Origin: a virus
Lineage: Duplodnaviria > Caudoviricetes
IMG/VR virus record: IMGVR_UViG_3300007754_000008
Span: 921-64,920 of that record
Reading direction: 5' to 3' (one strand)
DNA: 64,000 nt
The notes below the pieces were generated by a model, which saw only the letters and a program-made list of their open reading frames with translations, did not search any database and had not been told where the DNA came from. Of this stretch, positions 1 through 7,012 are shown piece by piece (position 1 is the stretch's first letter; the number at the start of each line of letters is the position of its first letter). The translations under genes were made by a program, and so were the position numbers.

Positions 1-975
1 GAGTACAGAAATAAAATCGCAAATCGTATGCGAGTACACTTGGAGTGTGAAAACACACAAGAGAAAGAGAAGTTTTTTGAGTTAAGAGAAAACTTTAAAA
101 ACTTACAAGATAAGACATGGGAACTTGCAGAACAATGTGTGAGACGACAATATCCACAAGAAGATGTTGATACTTGTCATTATCTTGAAAAAAAATATCC
201 GAATGTTGATACTGTATCAAAGGACAGTTGTTTTCATTTTGGATATATGGGAAACCCAGAAGAAAAAGATGAAGAAGATAAATATATCTCAAAGCATTTT
301 GATTTTAGATTGGGTGGTGATATTGATGGAATAGACCGACAATCAAATCAAGATGAAGATGATAATTGGGGTAGGAAAGACCATAGAGACTTTGCTTATG
401 CTTATTTTCGTGATGAGTTGAAAGCGAAAGAGGGTTGCAATCCTGATATAAATATTGAAATGTCAGGTAAAGAAAGCAATCCACATTGGACAAAATATTC
501 TGACGCTAACGCTAGGGTGTTGGGATTTAATTCTGGTAGAAATAATCTGACAAGTTATTCTGATGAATGGAATAAAGAATACGAGTTGGATTTAATTGGT
601 CGTGAGTATTGTCGTGATAGACAAATCCCAGTTGCAAGAGAGGAGTTTCAAACTTTTTTAATATGGCAACAGGCTAAAGGTCAATTATCTATCGCACATC
701 ATAAATGGATTGAGAGTATTTTAAATCAGATGAAAGAAATTAAAATCGGTTTAAAAGGCTATCGCTATTTAGACGAGGCGATTGAGTTATGTACTGAACT
801 TGGATTAGATGTTCAAGAGGCAGAAATCATACGAACAAACTCAACCGGACTTGTTATCTATAATCCTAAAAATCTAGCGGATAGGATTAAAGGTATGAAA
901 AACAAAAACACAAGTAGAAAGGATAAAATACTCGCTAGAATGGAGTATGAAAAACAACAACAAAGTGTAAACTAA
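1..975 (+). CDS. Hypothetical early protein, probably 5'-truncated by the window edge
   Basis: Frame is open from base 1 through ATG 28 to stop 975; typical phage codon usage; no recognisable motif. Confidence 0.75.
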   Translation, partial: EYRNKIANRMRVHLECENTQEKEKFFELRENFKNLQDKTWELAEQCVRRQYPQEDVDTCHYLEKKYPNVDTVSKDSCFHFGYMGNPEEKDEEDKYISKHFDFRLGGDIDGIDRQSNQDEDDNWGRKDHRDFAYAYFRDELKAKEGCNPDINIEMSGKESNPHWTKYSDANARVLGFNSGRNNLTSYSDEWNKEYELDLIGREYCRDRQIPVAREEFQTFLIWQQAKGQLSIAHHKWIESILNQMKEIKIGLKGYRYLDEAIELCTELGLDVQEAEIIRTNSTGLVIYNPKNLADRIKGMKNKNTSRKDKILARMEYEKQQQSVN

Positions 976-978
976 CAC

Positions 979-1014
979 TTGACGAGGCTATCCTACTTAT
1001 GATAGGATAGCCTC
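979..1014 (+). promoter_or_regulatory. Sigma70-like promoter overlapped by a 12-bp inverted repeat (operator or hairpin)
   Basis: TTGACG at 979; GAGGCTATCCTA (984-995) / TAGGATAGCCTC (1003-1014); RBS AAAGGA before ATG 1035. Confidence 0.55.
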
Positions 1015-1034
1015 AATTAATAGAAAGGAATAAA

Positions 1035-1247
1035 ATGGAAAACAATAAAACATTTACAATCACATTTACAAAACAAAATGGCGAGAGTACAACTAGAAAG
1101 GCAAAATGGACAGATAAGTGTCAAGAGTTTGTTGCACAAGCGGGACATAGATGTTTAACTTTTTTAGATTTAGACGCAACTGAAAGATATGGCAAAGACC
1201 AATATAGAATGGCGACTGATAAAATAACTACATGGAGTATTAAATGA
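1035..1247 (+). CDS. Hypothetical early protein (70 aa)
   Basis: ORF with AAAGGA RBS. Confidence 0.75.
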   Translation: MENNKTFTITFTKQNGESTTRKAKWTDKCQEFVAQAGHRCLTFLDLDATERYGKDQYRMATDKITTWSIK

Positions 1248-1330
1248 CAAAAATAGATGTAGCAATTATTTGTGCTTTTTATATTTTTATTATGACTTGT
1301 TGTGGTTTAATTGAGTGGGGGATATTATGA
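1244..1330 (+). CDS. Small hydrophobic peptide (28 aa, MTKIDVAIICAFYIFIMTCCGLIEWGIL)
   Basis: Not in ORF track; ATGA overlap with both neighbours, GGAG RBS, single TM-like stretch. Confidence 0.5.
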   Translation: MTKIDVAIICAFYIFIMTCCGLIEWGIL

Positions 1331-1491
1331 GTGAGAGAATAAATAAAAAAATCAAATTGCTTTGGAATGAAATTAGAGAGCATTTAAAATATAAAAGAAA
1401 TAATAGTCCTAATAACTATTGGTATCCAATGCATAACGAGTTATTTAAACAAAAATGCTTTGCAATTAAAGTATTAAAGGGGGTTAAATGA
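1327..1491 (+). CDS. Small hypothetical protein (54 aa, MSERINKKIK...)
   Basis: Not in ORF track; ATGA-coupled to flanking genes, GGGGG RBS. Confidence 0.6.
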   Translation: MSERINKKIKLLWNEIREHLKYKRNNSPNNYWYPMHNELFKQKCFAIKVLKGVK

Positions 1492-1859
1492 GTGATTATA
1501 ATTGGTGTCATGGTCCGGAGTGTCATACTCAGGAAACTCAATCAAGAGTAAGAGGTTCCGGCGAGAATAAAGTTTTAAGAACTATTAGAATTAAATGGGG
1601 CAGATATAACTACTCCGGCGATGAACAGCCTAATATTTGGGATTATTTTTGTAATACTAGATGTTTACATGATTATTTAAATAAACATGCAACAGCTATC
1701 GCCAACATTGCGCCATGTACCGAGGCTCTTGAAACACCTATTAAAGTTGAAAAAACAAAGTATGAAAGTCATAGAACACAGTGGAATGATAATGGAGATT
1801 ATCAACGAGTACCATATCAAGCAACAAAGACTACAATTAGTAGGGTTGACAATGATTGA
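1488..1859 (+). CDS. Hypothetical protein with Cys/His pairs (possible Zn-binding)
   Basis: CHGPEC ... FCNTRC; translational coupling. Confidence 0.7.
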   Translation: MSDYNWCHGPECHTQETQSRVRGSGENKVLRTIRIKWGRYNYSGDEQPNIWDYFCNTRCLHDYLNKHATAIANIAPCTEALETPIKVEKTKYESHRTQWNDNGDYQRVPYQATKTTISRVDND

Positions 1860-1881
1860 TCTTTCCTATATTCTCCCAGAT

Positions 1882-2121
1882 ATGAAAACAAATACAGATA
1901 ATAAAACACACAAAAGAAGTAATAGATTTACAGGACAATCTATTATGTTAACTAAACAAGAGGCTAGCAAACATGATGCAATCTTTATCAATGAACTAGC
2001 AGCAACACTAGATGATAAGACACTTGGTTATGGTGCATCTAAACTATGGAACAAAGTTCGTAAGGACTTGGATTGGTTTAGACAACACAACGCCGAGGCT
2101 TATATGGTTTTATTAGATTAG
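1882..2121 (+). CDS. Hypothetical protein (79 aa, MKTNTDNK...), likely from a leaderless mRNA
   Basis: In-frame ATG 1882 lies a few nt after TTGACA(1846)-N17-TATTCT; preferred over the track start 1687, which overlaps the upstream gene. Confidence 0.65.
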   Translation: MKTNTDNKTHKRSNRFTGQSIMLTKQEASKHDAIFINELAATLDDKTLGYGASKLWNKVRKDLDWFRQHNAEAYMVLLD

Positions 2122-2133
2122 CCATCAACCAAC

Positions 2134-2159
2134 AGCACGGGCGAGCAATCGCCCCTGCT
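2134..2159 (+). terminator. Hairpin with GNRA loop ending the early gene cluster
   Basis: GGGCGA-GCAA-TCGCCC just after stop 2121; weak U-tract. Confidence 0.45.
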
Positions 2160-2345
2160 TCCCACCCATATCAATAGAGGTACCAAACCCAATTCCAAAA
2201 AACTTCGAGAATAAAGGTCGACCCCAGAAATAAATAAAAAGGGGTCCCACTACTCTGGGTTGAATTGCTTGATTTAGAGAGTTAATCCTGTTAAAAACAT
2301 GTTCAACATCTTATAAAGGTGCGAAAAATTTTTTAAAAATTTTGT

Positions 2346-3824
2346 ATGGATTTAAATAATATAGATATAAGCAAGCTACCTTCAGACGTTCGTAAAACTT
2401 TTCGACAACTGCAAGTAATGCATGCAGAGAAAAAAATTCAAAATAAAGCCAAAGATGATTTTTTAAGCTTTGTCAAATGTGTTTGGCCCGAGTTCATTGA
2501 AGGGGCGCACCATAGACATATAGCAAAAAAGTTTAATGACCTTGCAGAAGGTAAAATTAACAGACTAATTGTTAACATGCCACCTCGACACACTAAGTCG
2601 GAGTTTGCATCTTACTTGTTACCAGCATGGATGGTGGGCCGTAATCCAAAATTAAAGATTATTCAAGCAACTCACACCGGAGAGCTTGCAATAAGATTTG
2701 GTCGTAAGGCCAAGCACTTAATTGACTCTCCAGATTATCACAAAATTTTTAAAACTAGACTACAAGAAGACTCTCAAGCTGCAGGTAGGTGGGAAACTGC
2801 GCAAGGTGGAGAGTATTTTGCAGCTGGTGTTGGTGGTGCAATCACGGGTCGTGGTGCTGATTTACTAATTATTGATGATCCGCACTCGGAACAAGATGCA
2901 CTTTCACCAACAGCCATGGAAAATGCGTATGAATGGTACACGTCAGGACCAAGACAACGTTTACAACCTGGTGCAAAAATAGTTTTAGTCATGACAAGGT
3001 GGTCAAAAAAAGATTTAACAGGAATTTTATTAAAAAATCAAACTGAAATTAAAGGAGATCAGTGGGAAGTGGTCGAATTTCCAGCGATCTTGGATGATGG
3101 ACCTAAACCTGAAGCAGTTTGGCCAGAATATTGGAAATTAGACGAATTAGAGAAGGTAAAAGCAACGTTACCGGTTGGAAAATGGAATGCACAGTGGATG
3201 CAACGTCCAACTTCTGAAGAAGGAGCGTTAATTAAGCGAGAATGGTGGCGAGTATGGGATCATGACGAACCACCTAACCTTCATTATGTAATTCAATCTT
3301 ACGATACTGCGTATCTTAAGAAAGAAACAGCCGATTTTAGTGCAATTACGACTTGGGGAGTATTTTATCCTAACGAAGATTCACCTGCTAACCTCATTTT
3401 AGTAGATGCGATCAAAGGAAGATATGAATTCCCGGAATTAAGGCGTATTGCACTGGATCAGTATAAATATTGGAATCCAGAATCAGTTATCATCGAAGCA
3501 AAGGCCGCAGGACTGCCTTTGACCTATGAATTGAGACAGATGGATATACCAGTTCAGAACTTTACACCAAGCAAAGGAAATGATAAACATGTCAGAGTAA
3601 ATACATGCGCTCCGCTGTTTGAATCTGGCATGATTTGGGCGCCTGACCAGAAATTTGCGGAGGAAGTGATTGAGGAATGTGCAGCATTCCCGCATGGTGA
3701 TCATGACGACTTAGTTGATAGTATGACTCAAGCTGTTATGCGCTTTAGACAAGGTGGTTTTTTAAAGCACCCTGAAGACTATGTAGATGAAAAACGAGCG
3801 CCTAGGAAGTTTGTGTATTATTAA
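2346..3824 (+). CDS. terL: Terminase large subunit
   Basis: Walker A-like NMPPRHTKS, GAITGRGADLLIIDDP (Walker B), nuclease motifs SYDTA and HDDLVDS. Confidence 0.97.
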   Translation: MDLNNIDISKLPSDVRKTFRQLQVMHAEKKIQNKAKDDFLSFVKCVWPEFIEGAHHRHIAKKFNDLAEGKINRLIVNMPPRHTKSEFASYLLPAWMVGRNPKLKIIQATHTGELAIRFGRKAKHLIDSPDYHKIFKTRLQEDSQAAGRWETAQGGEYFAAGVGGAITGRGADLLIIDDPHSEQDALSPTAMENAYEWYTSGPRQRLQPGAKIVLVMTRWSKKDLTGILLKNQTEIKGDQWEVVEFPAILDDGPKPEAVWPEYWKLDELEKVKATLPVGKWNAQWMQRPTSEEGALIKREWWRVWDHDEPPNLHYVIQSYDTAYLKKETADFSAITTWGVFYPNEDSPANLILVDAIKGRYEFPELRRIALDQYKYWNPESVIIEAKAAGLPLTYELRQMDIPVQNFTPSKGNDKHVRVNTCAPLFESGMIWAPDQKFAEEVIEECAAFPHGDHDDLVDSMTQAVMRFRQGGFLKHPEDYVDEKRAPRKFVYY

Positions 3825-3826
3825 TT

Positions 3827-6800
3827 ATGGCAGGAATATTTTCACTTAGAAATTGGGTTATGAAACAACTCATGAAAACCGATAAATCCGGAATCATGAA
3901 AATACCTCCTAAAGGTAAAATTGATTTTGGTGAAATGCTTTTAAAAGAACAGTTATTTCAAAAAGGCATTAATCCAGGAATGATTAAAAATGAAAAACAA
4001 CTAGACAATATTATAAATACTCCCGTCGTTTCAAAAAGTGAAAGAGCTAAACCTAAAAAATCTGGAAAAGTTATTGAAGTAGATTTTGATAAAGGTAGAT
4101 GGAACAAAGCTAGTGGTGGAAGAACCGGTTTAAGTTATTTACTTGCAGAAGATACAAATGAAAGAATGCCTTATGCAGAAGGAAACGGCGTATATGATGA
4201 AGATGTAGCTAAGAAAAAATTTGGTGAAAGAGTAAGACGATTAATGGATGAAGGTTATGATTTTGCTGAAGCTGTTAAAGAAGCTATGAAAGAAGAAGGT
4301 TTTGCAGAAGGCGGCCGTGTTCCGTATTTTGAAGGAGCAATAGTTGATCCTGAAGGATATAATATTACTAGAAGAGAGATGGGAATACTTGCAAATGCAA
4401 ATCCAAGTATGAGAGAAATGATACGTGAATTTCTTACTAGCAGAAGAAAACATAAATTCGTTTATCCTGATAGAATCTTAGAGATGAAAGCTGGTAGAAG
4501 AACGGGTGAAGCATCAGGTGGCCGTGCAGGATTACTGGGTGAGAGACCGGGATATCAATTAGGTGGGGTTTTAAATATAGGATATCATGGAACAAGTCCT
4601 GCAAATTTAAGATCTATAGCAACGTCAGGATTTACAGGGGGTACAGTTCCAACATGGGCAGGGACAGGTAAAACATTTACAACACCAAATATAAATGTTG
4701 CTTCAACATATGGACCAAGACAAATCCCTATAGTTCAATCTGCTCAACATTTTAAACTTCCTGGAGGAGGAATCCCAGGTCAGACACTTACAGAGGCTTT
4801 TAAAAATATTGGTAAAACAAAATTTGGTTTTGAAACGGCACTTAAACCTGATCAAGCAACTAAAGGAATGACAGCTTTTGAAAGAATGAAGGTAAAATAC
4901 CCCCATTCTCAAACATTAAAAAGATTATTAGAAACTGGAACAACAGCAGTTACAAAACCTACTAATTGGTTAAAATTAGCAGGTATTCCACTTTCAGCTC
5001 TTACAGGAATATTATCTTCTACACCAGTAGGCAGTGCAGAAATGCCCGCATATGGCAGCGAAGAATATAAAGCTCTTATGGCAAAAGAAGCACTATTTAA
5101 GAAAAAACAAGAACAAGCAAATATTTTTAAAAAAATAAAAGAAAAACGATTAGCAGAAGAAGCAGCAGCGGCAGCGTCAAAAGCAAAATGGCAAAAGGAT
5201 TATTCTAATTGGAGAAGTCCTTCAGGACGTGACCATGAAAGCACAGCAGGGATTGGTAGTAAAGAATCTAAAAAAGGTCCGGCAGGAGGATCTATAGGAG
5301 CTAGTCGATTTAGAGCCAATGGTGGATTAATGATGGCAGACGGCGGTATCGCAGGCATGTTAGGTGAAAGAACAGGATATCAAAACGGCCTTCTTGCAAA
5401 TATTCCCCCTGAATATAGATTATATGCTGGTACAATGTTACCAGGAAATCAAACTGGAACAATTGATGAAAGTTATTTTAACCAAGATTTTAAAGATCAA
5501 GTTAAAGATCAAGTTTTAAGTAAAATGGATCGGGGTATGGAATTTGAAGGTTATAAGCATCCTAAAGCATTTCCTAGCGGAACTGTTAGGAAAGGACAAA
5601 TTTTTCCACGCGATTATGTAACAGAAAAAAATCCTTTTGGATATACTTCTCCACAATACGGAATAGGAAGAACTAATCCTACTGGTTATTCTTCTGTTTT
5701 TAATACATTAGGAACTTATGATTATAAATATAACATGCCTAATGCACCAGACTTTAGTAATGCCAGTATAGATATTACGGATAAATATGATTGGAATCCA
5801 AATTATGGAACTGTGGGTGATTTTACAGGTTATATAGGTCAAGGATATGGAAGAGAAGATGATGAAGATTATGTCAAAGGAACAGATGTTGATGCAAAAA
5901 TGTTAAAAGAATATGTGTTTAATCAAATTAAAAATAGAAAATTAAACGTAGGTGCTGGGCTAGAATTATTAGGAAATTATTTCGGACCAAGAGCTTCTGA
6001 AGGAAAAGGAAAAGATATCGAAATAAATATCCCTGTTAAAAAGAAAAAGAAATATGTATCACCTGCTTCTCCACATGGAAATGGCGGTGGCGGTGGCAGA
6101 AGACCAGATAACCCAGGTGGTTTTACAAATCCTGGTAAAGGAAGCTACGGACCACATATGGCATTAGGCGGTCGTGCAGGATTTGCAGAAGGCAAAGGAC
6201 CAAAAATGTCTAGAAGAAATTTTTTAAAAATAATGGGAGGCCTTGCAGCATTACCAGTTGTTGGTAAATTTTTTAAATGGGCAAAACCTCTTGCTAAGAC
6301 TGCTAAAGTTGCAGATCTAACTTCAGTCCCAATTAAAAATATTGAAGGCATGCCATCATGGTTCAAGCCCCTTGTAAATAGAGTTATTAAAGAAGGTAAA
6401 GAAGCTAAAGTAACAGAATATGATAGACTTATTACTCATACAGCTAAATTACCAGAATCCAAAACACCTATTTCTGTCAGTCAAGATTTAAACACAGGAG
6501 ATGTATGGGTTGATATTGGTGAACAGACTAAACATGGTTGGGCTGATGGTCATTATGGTCAACCGGTTAGATTAGAATATAAAGCAGCTGAAGATATAAT
6601 AAGTGGTCCTTCAGATGAACCATTTAAAGTTGGGGTAAGAGATCCACTCTTAAGAGAAAAAGTATCGATACATAAAGATTTAGTGAAGGACATAAAACCT
6701 GGCAAGGAGGGTCTACGTCTTAAACCAGGAAAAACCAAAGAAGAGTTTTGGATTGAAGAAGCAGAATTTACTGGAGGACATCCAGAAAACGTTAAGTTTG

Positions 6801-7012
6801 AAGAGTCAACTTTTGAAAAATTTGGTGATCATGGATCAAACTTTGATGAAGTAGAAAAGTTTGCAACAGGCAAAGTTAAAAAATCTAAACCAACTAAGAA
6901 AAGATCACAAACTGAATGGGAACAAGAAAAAGCACAGGCTGATGCTGAAGCATATTGGGAAGAGCATGGTGACTATGCATCCGGTGGTCTTGCTAGGTTG
7001 TTAGGAGAATAA
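3827..7012 (+). CDS. Modular (polyvalent) putative virion-internal protein with repeated AxGG linkers; ART-like, ColM-like and Tat-signal-bearing cassettes
   Basis: 1061 aa between terL and portal; linkers ASGGRTG, FAEGGRVPY, ASGGRAG, MADGGIAG, MALGGRAGF, YASGGLARLLGE; YHGTS motif; SRRNFLK. Confidence 0.75.
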   Translation: MAGIFSLRNWVMKQLMKTDKSGIMKIPPKGKIDFGEMLLKEQLFQKGINPGMIKNEKQLDNIINTPVVSKSERAKPKKSGKVIEVDFDKGRWNKASGGRTGLSYLLAEDTNERMPYAEGNGVYDEDVAKKKFGERVRRLMDEGYDFAEAVKEAMKEEGFAEGGRVPYFEGAIVDPEGYNITRREMGILANANPSMREMIREFLTSRRKHKFVYPDRILEMKAGRRTGEASGGRAGLLGERPGYQLGGVLNIGYHGTSPANLRSIATSGFTGGTVPTWAGTGKTFTTPNINVASTYGPRQIPIVQSAQHFKLPGGGIPGQTLTEAFKNIGKTKFGFETALKPDQATKGMTAFERMKVKYPHSQTLKRLLETGTTAVTKPTNWLKLAGIPLSALTGILSSTPVGSAEMPAYGSEEYKALMAKEALFKKKQEQANIFKKIKEKRLAEEAAAAASKAKWQKDYSNWRSPSGRDHESTAGIGSKESKKGPAGGSIGASRFRANGGLMMADGGIAGMLGERTGYQNGLLANIPPEYRLYAGTMLPGNQTGTIDESYFNQDFKDQVKDQVLSKMDRGMEFEGYKHPKAFPSGTVRKGQIFPRDYVTEKNPFGYTSPQYGIGRTNPTGYSSVFNTLGTYDYKYNMPNAPDFSNASIDITDKYDWNPNYGTVGDFTGYIGQGYGREDDEDYVKGTDVDAKMLKEYVFNQIKNRKLNVGAGLELLGNYFGPRASEGKGKDIEINIPVKKKKKYVSPASPHGNGGGGGRRPDNPGGFTNPGKGSYGPHMALGGRAGFAEGKGPKMSRRNFLKIMGGLAALPVVGKFFKWAKPLAKTAKVADLTSVPIKNIEGMPSWFKPLVNRVIKEGKEAKVTEYDRLITHTAKLPESKTPISVSQDLNTGDVWVDIGEQTKHGWADGHYGQPVRLEYKAAEDIISGPSDEPFKVGVRDPLLREKVSIHKDLVKDIKPGKEGLRLKPGKTKEEFWIEEAEFTGGHPENVKFEESTFEKFGDHGSNFDEVEKFATGKVKKSKPTKKRSQTEWEQEKAQADAEAYWEEHGDYASGGLARLLGE

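Noticed and set aside
1687-1881. N-terminal extension of ORF 1687..2121
   Set aside because: Overlaps the upstream CDS by about 170 bp; a promoter and ATG at 1882 give a better start
2842-2855. Two-unit heptamer matches (TCACGGG TCGTGGT; also ~10767 and ~63585)
   Set aside because: Only two units and explainable by conserved protein motifs or chance; not counted as evidence for the periodic motif
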